Positions 14,501-29,200 of a stretch of DNA of 64,000 bases are shown piece by piece. A program made the position numbers and the translations under genes. Each line of letters opens with the position of its first letter. Position 1 is the stretch's first letter. Source of the stretch: Adineta vaga. Its lineage: Eukaryota > Animalia > Rotifera. The notes under the pieces are model-generated. The model saw nothing but the letters and a program-made list of their open reading frames with translations. It was not told the DNA's origin and made no database searches. Location of the stretch: contig CP075494.1 of the NCBI GenBank assembly GCA_021613535.1, positions 6,262,001-6,326,000 of the forward strand, given 5' to 3'.

Positions 14501-16082
14501 ATGTCGAATTTTAATGATCATCGATTTCGTTCGCAACATCAAAATGATCAACATGCATGGAGAACGCCTCAGAACCAACAAAATTCCAATTGGAATCCTC
14601 ATGTCCGTAATGAACAAAACAATGAAATAGATCAACAATCTCCTCTTCCATTACTTGTTCCATCATTCCTACCAAATGCATCGACACCACAAGGATCTCA
14701 TAAATATCCGTTGAACCAACCTCGTAAATATCTGTTTCATATTGTATATAACAATGTTTTTAAAATCTTTCAGTTGAGAAACATTTATCTTATCGAACAT
14801 GGTCTAATACCACTTATCGAGAATATTTTCGTCGAAATCATCAAAATCATTTTAAATTTTCTGTTGTTTGTTACAATATTTTGTCACAAAGTTTATTAGA
14901 AGATAATGTATATTTATACGGAACTTGTTCGGAAAAAAATCTGAAATGGTATCGAAGAAGAGATCGATTATTTCGAGAAATATTACGCCAAGATGCTGAT
15001 GTAAGTTCACATTCTTCTATGTTTTTCCTCGGGCAAATAAATCATTCTAGATTCTTTGTTTACAAGAAATGCAAAATAATCATTATGAAAATGAATTTCG
15101 ACCAACATTAGCACAACAGGGTCAGGAGGAAATACTGTTGCTTTATACCCAACCATTTGATATGTTTCTCTTCAGGATATGATTCTATTTATTTAAAACG
15201 TAATGGTTATAAACCAGATGGATGTTGTTTATTCTACAGAAGAAATCGTTTAAAACTCGTAGATAGTAAACTTGTATCATTCTTTCGAAATAACATTCCA
15301 GTATTAAACAGGTAAATTGATATGAATACTTTTTTTTAAAATGATATCATCGTTTTTCTTTTGATTTTAGAGATAATTGTGGTTTAATTGCATTGTTTCA
15401 ACCGTTGAATTCCAATGCAACTGAAGAAGATCTATTTTGTGTTGCTACAACTCATTTGTTATTTTCTCCAAAACGTGGTGATATTAAACTAGCTCAATTG
15501 CAGTATTTTCTTGCTGAAATCGATCAATTAGCATTAAAAAAGGAACAATCAAATTCCTACTATCCTATCGTTCTATGTGGCGATTTCAATGCTCAACCTG
15601 CATGTCCATTGGTTAATTTTGTACTCAGTGGGCATATTGAATACAATAATTACACTTCTCTAGAAATTTCCGGTCAGACACCAGATTCACCGACAGCAGG
15701 TCGTGTTTCTTATGCGTTATCATCTGAAGCACTTCTGCCATCATCATTTGTTACTTCTGATTGTCGTTTATCATCAGCTGAACATCGATCTTTATCCAAC
15801 AATGCAACTTCAACTGCTGTGTTAACGCATGATAAAAATTTCGCATCCGTTTATGATTCAAACGATTATTCTAGTGTTACATCAAATGTTGCAGATCATC
15901 CGAAAACAGTTGATTATATATTTTATACTGAACAGGAAGATGACCCATATCGATTGAATCTCTTAAGTCGTTTTGATTTATATAAAGATTATCAAATGCT
16001 TGACGTTCATGTACCGAATCATCAATTTCCATCGGATCATTTTCTTTTAGGAGCTCAGTTTGCTTTAAAATTTAAAAAGTGA
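14501..16082 (+). CDS. ANGEL: Protein angel homolog (CCR4/EEP family 2',3'-cyclic phosphatase)
   Basis: Spliced motifs YNILSQSLLE, DADILCLQE, KPDGCCLFY, ATTHLLFSPKRGDIKLAQL, CGDFNA, TVDYIFY, PSDHF. Confidence 0.9.
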
Positions 16083-16215
16083 TATTTATTTTTTGATAAT
16101 TAAAAAAATAAAAACAGTGAATTCTAAAACATATTCATACTATCAATTCAAAAGCTTTGTTTTACAAATGAACAATACTCTTCTTTAGCAAAATAAACTT
16201 TTATTGCATTTTAGA

Positions 16216-19200
16216 ATGTTTTCTTTACGTCTTTCAATGTTATTTCGTCGGACACCATTTTGTCTAATTCGTTCATCACACACAACTCGTCTTGATCTTG
16301 ATCAGTTACTTGAACGACTCGATGGTGAAGCTCATCGTCGTGGTCGTTTAAATCCTGGTCTTGTTCGTGGTGCTATGCATAAAGCAGCTGTCGAATTGAA
16401 TACAATCAATTCTACACAAGCTCTCCTCCTCATTCGTTGTACGGGTTCATTATTAATTAGTGAATTACCACATCAACGGCAAGAAGTTCTCGATTATATG
16501 ATGAAAATTTTCAAACAAAAACATGTCACATTTGATGTTACACATTATAATTCATATATGCGTGTCTCACTTCAAAATAATCAGCTGTTTGATCCAGTGA
16601 AAATCTTACAGGAAATGAAAGAAAATCAAATCATTCCAAATTTAACGTCATTTCGATTATTAATCGAATGTTATGCGAAACAAGGACGATCAGATGATAT
16701 ACAAAAGATCTTGAGTGAAATGAAAATGGCCAAGTTCAATATTGAACCATTAACATTAACTCATTTGTTAAGTTCTTATGCTGAAAAAGGTGATGTTGAA
16801 CGATTGGAAAATTTATATAATCTTTTCAATGAATTAGAATTAAAACCAATATCTGAAACTTACGAACAATTTATAATTGGATATTTAAAACGAGGTAAAA
16901 TTGATCAAGCAAAAAGATATTTCGTAGAAAATGTATCAAAAATGGATAATGATTCATTATTTCGATTACTTGTCAAATCTGCTCAATGTCAACAGAAAGA
17001 TTTATTTGAAATAATCATTTCATCCATTGATAAAAATAGCTTAGCGGATATTTGTGTAAGTCGTAATCATATTACAGATATTCAAAGTATTCGAGAATTC
17101 TTTTGTTTTTTAGGTTCAATATATTCTCTGTGCAACAGAATTACTCGATGGTAATCTTGATGATTATGCTTTTCTTCTAATCGATTCATTTCCAAAACGT
17201 GATGAAACTCTTCGTTTCGATGTTATCAATTTAACTCTTTTAAATCTCTTGAAACTTCGTTTACCAACACATCATTTTCGTCCATTTTCCACTTTAACAC
17301 TCGATGATATTACACACAATTTCGATTGTAAGTCTTTTCATCTTTTTTTTCTTCATATTTGTTTTCATTTATGATCATCGATTTAGCTTCAAGGAACTAT
17401 CAATGTGAACGAGAATCTGTTACCGATGGTCAATTAAACAATTTTCGACAATTTGTTTTGAAACGAGCTGCAAATTTTAGTGAGAAAAAAGATCGATGGC
17501 TTTCTATTCATCAATTACTTTATCATGCGTATCAAAGTCATCTTCCTCTACGATATATCTATTCAATTCATGATCTCATGCGTCAACAGAATTATGCATA
17601 TCGTCCACATTATATTCGTCCGATGTTAATCAAACTTCAACGAATATTTGTCGGTAATACACAAGAAATGACGAATCAAACTAGTCAATTATTAGGTTAT
17701 TTACAAAAGAAATTTTCATTAAATTATGATTATGAAACGATCGAATGTATAATTAATCATTTCTTTGATCGATGTCATTTAAAACCATTAGATATTTCTC
17801 TTATTTTCAAAAAAGTAAATATAAATCTAAACAATATTTGGTCTAATCTTTATCTTTCCACTTTAAAACGAATCAATATTGATTTATTAACTTCCTTAAC
17901 AATATTTCTTCATTCAAATAAAACAATTCGATTTGATTATACACCGATCATTCGCGAACAAACAATACAAGCTTTACAATCGTTAATCAATCAATTGAGT
18001 GTGAATTATACGAAAAACAATTCGGAAGAGATATTTAATTCTTCAAAAACCATTATCGATTTTCTCGAAGTATTAAATACACGTTTTGTTCAAAATACTG
18101 ATGATATTATTCGATTAAATGATGGAATATTAATCAGTTTTCTTCAGGAATTTTTAGAAAAAGATCAAAAACAAAGTATTGATTTATTGAAAAAGATTCT
18201 TCAAGTTTTCGAACAACGTTCACTAACAATACCATTGACAAATGAAACGAAAGAAAAGATCTATCAACAATTAGGTATGAAATCGCTCAATGAAGTCAGT
18301 GATCAATTATTGCAAACACTCAAACGAGATCATATTTCCTCATCTATTTCGTCAGATAATCAATTAGCATTCGATGATAGTTGTGATGTTTATATAAAAT
18401 CAACTAAAACACCACGAAATTTTACGATACGTGAACTGGAAGATCATCTTTTAGAATTAAAACGTAAGAAAATGAATACAAGTGCAATTATTAGTAAATT
18501 ATTAACAAAATATTGTACGGAATGTTTGGATATTGAACGTACAATGAGTACACAAATACGAGAATCATATATGAAACGTATAAGTGAATTAGAAAGTAGT
18601 TATTTTGATAAACAACAAACAACGGGCTATCCATCATTGGGAGTAATTGCGAATTTAATCGATTATTGTAAGTTGAAATTTGTGACAAGATAAATTCAAT
18701 TTAATTCTTTCTTCTGTTTATTTCAGATTCACGAGTTGAACTTGATCTTGAGAAAGTGATTTATTATATAAATTTATCGAATGAAATCAGTCCAAAATTT
18801 AAATTAGATCCACATAAATCTATAAGTGTTGTTCGTTTATTAATACATCGACATTCGTTTACAAAAGCAATTGAATTATTGAATTCATTAGGACGATACG
18901 ATACTGTACCAAATTATATGTATCGTCGTGTTCGAGATTTATTACTTGATGCCTACGGAACACTTTCTTTCGATGAATTTCAAGAATTAGTCAATAAATT
19001 AATCGAATATAATTATGTAGATCCATCTTCAATTGTCCTTTCATTGATTGTACGAAAATCTTATCAAGAAAATGGACCCTTACAAGCATTCGAAACAATC
19101 AAAAGTCTTCTTGTTCGATATAATAATCTTGTTGGAATATTTCCAATTATTCGAAAATTACTTCGAGATGATTGTACCGAAGAATTAAAACAGGTACATA

Positions 19201-19864
19201 CTTAAAACAGATAAATGAACGATGATTATTCTAATCAGTTTTTTTCTTCTCTTATTAGGTGTTAATAGCAATTGGTAAAATTCGTTCGCGAACTTATGCA
19301 TATGAACAATTAGCATTTGCTTTAATTCATGAACGTCGTTTGGCTGAAGCAGTTAAAACTTGTCAAAATATAAGTCGTGCAACATTTGAAGAACATTGTC
19401 AACGTTATGTTCGAGAATTATTCACATTTCCAACAGATTTTCTTCATATTGATGAAGAAAATTTATCTTCCGATCATCCATTAATGAATGATATTGATGA
19501 AAGTCATCATGTTTTCGATATGAATACAATATCACTCGTTCATTTCATTGATTACATCGAACAATATCCATCGATTACTCGACATTTATCACTTGATACA
19601 CTATTCTATAGTTTATTTAAAGCTTATGAAAAAAGCAATCGTTTAGAAGAATTTAGTAAATTAATGCGTGAATATTCATCAAAATATACACCTTATTTAT
19701 CATCGAAAACCAAAGATGCCTTAAGTCAAGCAGGAATTACTTTAGCAATTAAATCTTTATCTTCACCTAAACAATCAACAAAACGTATTCATAAACATGA
19801 ACGATTCTTACACGATCATGATTATGAAGATGAATCTTCTTCCACACAACAAAGTTCTTTCTAA
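16216..19864 (+). CDS. LRPPRC: Mitochondrial leucine-rich PPR protein (LRPPRC/bsf), 5 exons
   Basis: MTS-like start MFSLRLSMLFRR; STQALLLIRCTGSL and FDVTHYNSYMRVSLQN; PPR repeats; long helical C-terminal part. Confidence 0.85.
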
Positions 19865-19918
19865 TAAATAGTTTTTCGTTTGTTTTCTAGATTATTCTAT
19901 CTCTTGTTCAGTTTGTGT

Positions 19919-21223
19919 ATGTTTGGATCTTGTCTTCGAAGTAAATCATATCGATTTATTCAAACTTTAACGAAACAAATTTCAACAATGACTGGCATTC
20001 AATTGAATACAATTCTTTCTCAATTCAAAGATTATGCTCCACTTTATCTTGCCGATCAATCATGGGATAATGTCGGCTTACTTGTTGAACCAACTGATGA
20101 TAATCCACTAGTACAAACTATATTCTTTACAAATGATTTAACTGAACCTGTTTTAGATGAAGCGATTGAAAAACAAGCACAATTAATTATCAGTTATCAT
20201 CCACCAATTTTCAGTTCATTGAAACGTTTAACACAAAATAATTGGAAAGAGAGAATTATTTTGAAATGTATTCGACATGGAATTGCAGTCTATTCACCAC
20301 ATACTTCATGGGATGCAGTTGAAAATGGAATAAATCAATGGCTTGTATCGGCATTTGGAACAAGTAATGAAGAATGAAATGTAAGAAAAACTATATATAC
20401 TTTTGTTTTTTGAAAGATGAACAAGATTATACATCACGTCCAATTCAACCTGTTAAACAAAATGATACACCATCGAAAAGTCAACAAATTGTAACAATAA
20501 CTCTACCAAAAGATGAGAAAACCGATTCAATTATGAACATAAAAGATGCGATGATTATCAATGAAATACCGTAAACTTTCTTTATCATGTCTATACATAG
20601 TTAAACGATTGTCTTATTTTCCTAGTTGTAATACATCGAATGGTCCAGCAGTACAACTTTCGATTGCTTGTTCTGCTCAAGCGATAAGTTCTATTATAGA
20701 TTTATATCAAAACGAAGATAATATACGTAAAACAATTCAAATTGTTGATGTTGAAAAAGTACTTCGAAGAAAAAGGATTGTTCTGATTAATATGACATTT
20801 TTCTTTTAGCCATTAGATTCTCGTCAAGGTTACGGTCGTTTAATCGCATTAAACGAATCTCGAACAATTCAACAAGTTGTCGATAATGTCAAAACTTTAA
20901 CTGGTCTTAAACATATTCGCCTGGCATTAGCAAATAAGAAAACAATTGATTCACCAATAAAAACCATTGCTGTTTGTGCTGGATCAGGTTCAAGTGTATT
21001 TTCTAGTGCACGTAATGCAGATATTCAATTGACTGGCGAACTTTCTCATCATGCAGTATTAGATGCAATACACCGTGGTACAACAGTGATTTTATGTGAT
21101 CATACAAATACAGAACGAGGATTCTTAAAAGTTATCAAAAATCGTTTTGAACAAATATGGAATTCTAATCAAGTGAATTTGATCATTTCAGAACGAGATA
21201 GAGATCCATTAGAAATTGTTTAA
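19919..21223 (+). CDS. NIF3L1: NIF3-like protein 1 (DUF34), 4 exons
   Basis: APLYLADQSWDNVGLLVEP, ISYHPPIF, YSPHTSWD, IAVCAGSGSSV, TGELSHH, HTNTERGFL, SERDRDPL. Confidence 0.95.
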
Positions 21224-21930
21224 CAGATGATTCATTTGAATTTTTATTGATAAAAAAGAAATAACATAATTGTTCCACTTGACAATTTCATAGTAGGTTG
21301 AAAAAGTAAATTGAATCAACTGCAATACCTTTGAATGACTGCGGAAAAAAGAATTCAAATTTCCTTTCTAAGAAATTGATATTCATTTATAGAAATGTCT
21401 ATACTAATGGGCAGACTGAATTTCTTGTATTATAATTGAAGAGTTTTAATATATCACCGTATGATTGCTTATGTCCTATAATTGTTTCATCCGATATTTC
21501 ACTCATCTTTCATTATTATTAATAATCATTTGAAGAAGATAAAATTAGATATCGTTTTTCACTTTCTAATTAGATTTTTCTTTACTAATTGATTATATCG
21601 TTCTCATATATTCTCACGAGTTGATTTACATTTCAATGCACATGTCAAAATCTTTCGATAAGAACCTTCTATTTCCGAGAAATATTATTGTCATCATCAA
21701 TATTTGTTCAGCGATGCATATTTATGACGAGATAGAAATAATTATTCTTGCTTCTCTACACACATTTTGATAATAAATATCATCAAACGTTATCAAATTC
21801 ATTTAAAAACAAAACCAACATAAATAGACAGCACATAGAGAAAGAGAGAGAAAGAGAGAAAGAGAAAGAAAAAACACCACCATGTCTTTCAATATCTCTT
21901 CAGAAAAAGAAAAACTCAAAATCGATCTTA

Positions 21931-24900
21931 TCACTTCGATTCTTCGATTTTTATCGATGGTTTCAACATTTGCCATTGGGCATTTAACGATTCACCAGAT
22001 AATACTGTTGACCAATAGACATTCTCTGGGCAAATTGATCCTTTCGACGTACCATTTACACTAGGACCAAATATAACCGAACCAAGTTGTTCCTTATAAG
22101 ATAATGATTCATGTACAAGACGTACTTCAACAATGACATCGGAGGCAATATCACGACGTAATTCAAAGACAAGTTCTTCATTAAATGTTGGGCAATCTGA
22201 TGTACGTTGTACACTTGTTTTTTTACGTTTAATTTTCTTTCCATTTCGATCATATAGAGTAACTTTTACACAAGCATCAGGATACGATTTCGTTTCAATT
22301 GATAATGGCCGAAGATTTTTTGCTTCAATGATGACAACAGATAATTTCGCAGCACTTTGTAGATAAGATAATGAGATCAGTAATTCACCTAAATCCGGAT
22401 CCTAAAAAAAAACACAAAAAAAATGATTGATTAAATGAAGAACAAATCTATCGAACATTTAGAATTGAATTGGAATCACATTCATCAAAGGATTTTTTCA
22501 TTCGACTTTGATCACTTTGGGATAATTCATTAAGATCATATTTAATAGTAGCTAAACGAATATCTTTATATAAAGGTTTCGTTGTGCTGATCTTATATAG
22601 AAGAATTTCAATTGCATGATAATTTAATTGTTCATATGATAATTCGAATTCATTCAATTGTTTTTTATCAAAGAAATAAGATGTTTGAAGACGTGTTAAA
22701 CGAACAATTTTCGTTTGAAATAAATTACGTTTTTCGGGTAATAATCGAAAACGACAATATATTGAAATAAATTCACCATTATTATTATTCATATATGCGT
22801 CACTTAGATGAAGATTTTCTAAAGATAATGTATCAATAAACACATGATCACTATCACGATCATATGTCATCGTTAGGCGAGATATTGGTCGAGTTAAATC
22901 ATCTTCAGGATTGGTATTTGAAGAAAAACTTCCTTTCTAAAAGCAATTGTTTTTTTTTCTGTTTGTTTTAGTAATGATCTATTTAAACTTACAGTAGCTG
23001 CTGAAGCATAGAGTGCTTGTTGTAATTCTTTGGGATCAATTGGATCGAACATTGATGGTCGACGTCCTCGCATTTGTAACGACATTCTTCTATCTAAATT
23101 AAAAGTTTTCTTTTTTCTGAAAGTTTTCTTTTTTGTTTTATACCAGTATTTGGTGATGTCGAATTATTTGACGGTATACTAACACGAGGTGATGTCGATG
23201 ATGGACCAACGGCAAATTGCGAGGGTGGTGTGCCTAGTAATAAAATAGGATAAATATCAATAAACATCGAAAAAATTATCTATCCGATTGAATATTGAAT
23301 GTCGATCAAATTTTATTAGTTCTGACAAGCAAACCGTTGATGGGCTTTTACTCATTGTTGTTCTTCGCTCTTTTTCGAACGAGGGCAATGACAAAAAAAA
23401 GAACGTTCATATATATATAGTAGTGCTGATCTTTATCAATATGTTTTTTTTTGCTCACAAGTTCTTTCTATTCACGCAAATAACGATAAATATATATATA
23501 TACATGACATTTGTCGATGAATAATCATGTCTCATTTGTAGAATTTTTTTCCTTCATCCTATCCGATTATGTTAATAAATACTCGAATCATTGCTGACAA
23601 GTCAACATCGAGTGATGATTTCCAAAGTTGTTGAATATTGATGTGAAACATGCGAATAAGTCTGACCTTATTCTACTATTTGAAATAGAAGTAACATTAA
23701 TAAGAAAATCCAACAAGTCAGTGAGCTTTTAATGCATTTCTTCTAATAAAAAAGAAAAGTACAATATAAACAATAAGTCAGTAGGCGGAAATCAAATCTA
23801 ACTTGTTGTTTCAGTATATTTTTAGAAGAGAGAAAAGGAAAAAAAGAAGTATTCATTTCACTCATTGTTAAAGACAATTACAAGGTACTTCTTTCTTTTT
23901 TTTTGTTCATCTTTGCTTTCTTTTAATTTTCTTAAGACTTTATTCAGTCAATTGTAATTTCCGCTTCTCTGATTTTGTATATGATCTATTTTTTGATGTA
24001 CAAAGATGTGTGAAATAGTTGTTATTCTTTTAAATTCTGTTGTTCGAGCATAAAAAATATTTGATGAGAAGAAATTTTTCTTTTTCTATAGATTAGATGA
24101 CATTTATAAAGAGAGAGAAAAACCAAACGAACAATCTTGATCTTTTCTTCTTTTGTTCAATTGACAAGAAGAAAGAAAAAAGTTTTTCTTAAGGGAAAAC
24201 CTAAAATATCTCTGACACATACCGGATGCCGATGAAATATTATTTAATGGACTAGGTAGATTAATCGAATTCGAAGGCGATAAATTGAGTGATGGAGACT
24301 GAATATCATGACGTGGTGATGGACAAGGTGAACCTATACTAGTACCTAGACTATGCACACTAGTATTATGATGAATTGAAGTTCCTGTTGTTGATGATAA
24401 AGATAGACGTTGTAATGGAAAGATTAATGCTTCTTCTAAGTTTTCATCAACTATTGCAGATCGATGTTTACGCTGATAATAATGAGTTGATGCATGAATA
24501 ATAAGAGGAGCACTAAGACGACGATTTACTGCTTTTGTCGTATTCGATGGTAATAAATTTACATTTGAATTTTCATTATGACAATGATCAATATGTATAG
24601 TTGTTTGTTTTGTTATTGCACGATATTGTGGACGCGGTGTGGGTGAACATGATCGACTTATACGAACATTGCTATGTCCTGAAGTTCGTTTTGGTATATA
24701 TGTTGGAGTTGGTGGTGGAATAATAACAATATTTTTTCGACCATCCGATACGATCGAAGATGAATTATCAACATCCGATGTCAATGAAGTAAATAAACGT
24801 CGAAAGAATGAACTTAATTTCGCCATAGTTATTTGTCAAACGATTGAATAAGGAATATTTATATTTACTCGATTTCCGGTTTTTTTCATCAAAATTATCT

Positions 24901-26267
24901 CCATTAAAAAATCAAAATAAATATTGGGTGAAAAAAGATAATTACATAAAATAAGAAAAACACACACCCGTTATCAATACATAAGTTAATACCAATACAA
25001 AAGACTTTGATTGAGTTATGTTTCACAGATAGAAAACATCGGTAAGAACTAATGACAATGAAAACACTGATTACTCTTGACTTTTTTTTCTTTCTAAACG
25101 ACAATTTTCTCTCTCTCTCGTTCTACTCCTTTATTCTATTTCCTTTCGACATTTTTTTTTCTCTTCTTCACTTACACTCTTTCTTCTGATGCTCTTAGGA
25201 GAATAACAAAAAAAGTAATCATCAAGAAAACGTTCTAGTCAATCGTTATCACGTGAATGAATTAAAATTAAGCACTAAAAATAAACATTGAATTTTCTCT
25301 ATATGCGCATTTGTGTGTATATATCTTCTTACACAATACAATAGTTTTCTTGAAACTAACGTGAACAATAATTATAATAAAAGTGCATTCGATAAACATT
25401 CCTTTATATTTAATAAGCACTTGAAATCTTAATCAACATCATATTTTCATCAATAGAATATAACCAAGAACGAGTTTATCTTGAGATCTTCACAGATTTT
25501 TTGCGTGAGAATATAGAATTGGTCTAATTAATTTTCAGATTTCCAGCTCGTAAGACAATGATCTATCTTTTCTTTTGTATAATTTTTAAAGAACTTATTT
25601 GATTATTACACTAGTTTTTCTCCACTTTTACAAATGACGAAAAAAATTATCATGATTGTTATTATTATTATTATTATTACTGTTCATTCATAAAAAATGT
25701 CAAATGACAAGGAAAGAAAGCTTTCAAAAAAAAATTATAGAAGAAAACTTTCTTCGATATACACATGTCGATGGTGCTCGCTGAAACGAGCTTTTTTCAA
25801 TTGTATAGTCGCTTTCTATTTCATCAAATATTGCCATTCAATGCAAACAAGTTTTTAATTTCGAATTCAACGGATATTTCATCAATCATTCACTGATTAT
25901 TCATATAGATCGATGATCTTTCTCACGCACAGGATTAAAACATGCTAGTCGAGAAATACAGAAAAAATTATCACTTACCGATCGGTTTGAAACGTCTTCG
26001 CCAAGGAGCTGATGCGGGAGAAAATTGTGTTGATATTTGTTCTTCTGATGTACCTTTTTGATCGAGAATTTTACCTAAACGTTCATTTACAATGCCACGT
26101 CGGCGAATATCAGGTGCAGAACGTCGACGTTCTTGTAGATGTCGAAAATGTTGTTGTCGTTCCATTTCATTTTCGTCTATATCTTCTGTTGTATCAGTTT
26201 CGTCAACATCTTCTCTTCTATCATTTCTCAAAACAATCGATGACATACGCTGAAAAAATGATTCCAT
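21931..26267 (-). CDS. Synaptotagmin-like tandem C2 protein with alternative first exons; common exons 23233-23144, 23093-22993, 22946-22457, 22401-21931
   Basis: C2B LGELLISLSYLQSAAKLSVVIIEAKNL...KKIKRKKTSVQ...PTFNEELVF; degenerate C2A; first exons 26267-25979 and 24826-24223 both end in phase 1, matching the acceptor at 23233. Confidence 0.8.
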
Positions 26268-29200
26268 CTGAAATGACTTTCGTTTAGAATTGATTTGTTT
26301 CCCCGATGATCGTGTAAAATCAGAAATTCAATAATAATATCGAAGAGAAAACGGAAGTCACTTCTTCCACAATAACCTTCTGACGATGTATCTATTTGCA
26401 CACGACTAACTTCATCGAATATCCGCTTCAATCGATCGTTAAAGAATAGATCTATATCTTTTCGACTAAACTTGTTTTTCTTGTCAATGTCAAGTAAAAA
26501 AAAAATGAGAACAGAGGAATCTCTTGTTATGATTAGACAGATAATCAAAAGCTTACTAGTGATACCAATTTTCTCTCTCTCTCTCGTTTTGACAACCAAT
26601 TCACTGGAGAGTTGTCTATTGCGCGCATCTACATTGATTTTTCTTGTAAGACGATCATGAAGAAGAAGAAGATACGAGTACATCTAGTCAATGTATAAAT
26701 AACATGCGAACGAATATTTTGAAGTTTTCTTTTCTCTACTAGAGAGAAAATCTGATTAAATGGACTAATCGAATCTTGAGAGTAGTACAAAATATTTTAT
26801 TGGATTCCAAACAATTGGTCTACGTGATATTTCTCTACGCGCATCCTCTAAAAACTGAAATCAAGATTTTCTCTTCATTAATAAATCTCAATGCTCTATT
26901 TAAATTGATAAATAAATAACTTACCATTGAAATATATCTTAATGCAAAAAGAAAAACTCAATAAGAAATAAGAAAATCTATATTTGTTGCTTTATACTGT
27001 TCTTTTTTTGTTGTTGTTGTTCTATGTATTTATTTACGAACAAATCTAAAATAAACATTGTTATTTAATGTTAAAGAATTAGTTCTTCGCATGGAAAGCA
27101 CTACTTGAATTTGATCGCTAGATGAGTGTCGTTTAACTAGTGAGAAGAGAACGAGAATGAATAGAGAAAACGCAAGTCAACTCCTATTGGATAAGTCTAT
27201 GCTCTCCTTAATAATGTTTGATCTATCAGTTGTGCACCTAGACTAACAAAACTTTTTTTTCCTAAGTAGCACATAACCAATTAAATCGCTGAACAAAAAA
27301 TGAGAAACTTATTTCAGTTATTCTGTTCATTGAATAGATTTAATCAAACTCTCTACTTTGAATATCACTTCGAGGTCGTGCTTGGTAATGAATTGAATAT
27401 ATTTCATAGAGCAGATATTATTCAGATTTACTTATATTAATAAAACTGGCATACATAAAACAACAAGATTGACATGGTTATTTATACATTGCACAAACTT
27501 TGTTCGCAATTTTTAATAAAGAGAAATCACTGTGCGAATAATTAGTTTATCTATAGAATAGTGTGATTTATTTCAATAGGAAAGAAAAACGATTGATTAA
27601 TTGTGTCTATGCGATATTCTCTCAAATAAACATTTAGATTACATACATCTGGAATCATTATGCTAGTTTGAGATTTGTCATCTAGACAAAAATTGTTGAA
27701 TTCATTAGTAACGAAAAGAAATCGTTCTATTTTTGTTAAAGTAGATAACTATACATTTCATAGTATTCATTGATTTGTGTGAGTAAAAATTTTCAATCAA
27801 AATGAGAATGATTGATTTTATTACTAGCAAAGATGAAATGATTATGATTCTCTAGATGATAATCGATCAATTTTTTGTGAAATATCATCTTTTAGTTCTT
27901 TCGAATGACATCATTTATTCTTATCATTAATGTTTCACGTGCTTATCCTTAAGAAAACATTTGACTCATGTGATGATTTTTCGACAACATTTCATTTTGT
28001 TTGTCAATCATTTGAAGATGACTGTCTTGTAGAAAAATCTTTTCTTATATTTATTCATTTGATTTTTGATTTGCTTTTCTCCATATATCGTAAGCATTTG
28101 ATTAAGTAAGTGAACGAGCGAGATTTGTTTGTTCAATTTTGTAATCTTGTTCGATGTCGTATCTTCCACAATATTATGAAATTGACATCTAAGATGAAAA
28201 ATCCGATCGTTGCACAGAAGAATTCTTCTTTTCTATCTTTAATGAACGAAAGAAAGAAAGAAAGAAGAGAAAAGATTTTTTTGCTAATGTGATTCCGACG
28301 ACCGACTGAATAAGATGATGATTTATTATAATCAGAGAAGAGCGAACGATCTATAATGTATAGAGAGACATATAATGGATCTGATGAAAGGCAGTTTTTC
28401 TTTTCTCTTTCTCTCTTTGTGATCAATATATAGTAAAGAAAAATTTATAGATTTCAATATCGTGAGAGATGTTCATTGTTTTCATTATCATCAGATGAGT
28501 ATAATTGAAAGAAATTGTTTTCTGTTTTTTATCCGTTCGACTCTTTCCATATAGATTGACAAATCTAACAATAGAAATTGAGAACAAATGTGAATCAATC
28601 GTTGACAAGTAGAAAGAATAGAAGAAAAAGATAGTAACGATTGTGCATAATTGTGAATATTTTCTTGCATTCTTATCGGCACAAATTTTCCTTTTTTTCG
28701 ATATGAAGAAGAGTCTTTTCTACTATTTCTTTTTTTCTTTCTTCTCAGATCGACTATTGTGCGTTTAGCATAAATTATCCAAAGCGACAGAAGCAGCGAA
28801 TTTTGTATTTGCATAAACAGTATCATCATCATTCTTGTTCTCTCTCTTTCTTTCCTTTTTTCGTACGCACTCATATTCTGTTGTCGAGATAACATTAATG
28901 AGCTTTTTATTCTTTTTCTTTTTTTCTTCTTTCTTTAGCTTTAGACCATTTTCTTATTTCTCTAATTTATGTGTTTCTTTCGAGATTTTTTTCTTCTGTA
29001 TCTCTCTCTCTCTCCCTCTCTTTATTATGGTTATATATCAGGGTTGGTGCGAATCTCACTTATGCGTGTAGAAATAGATATGCGTATACACATATATACA
29101 ATTAAACTTGCACCTGGTTCGAATTTGACTTTATTCTGTGTAGCAGTAACCAACGCAAGTCAATTTTTTATTTTGTCTCGTTCCACCGCTGCTGTTGCCT

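Noticed and set aside
19855-19911. Possible LRPPRC-NIF3L1 fusion through a 57-nt GT-AG intron
   Set aside because: The donor is phase 1 but the acceptor needs phase 2, so it is out of frame
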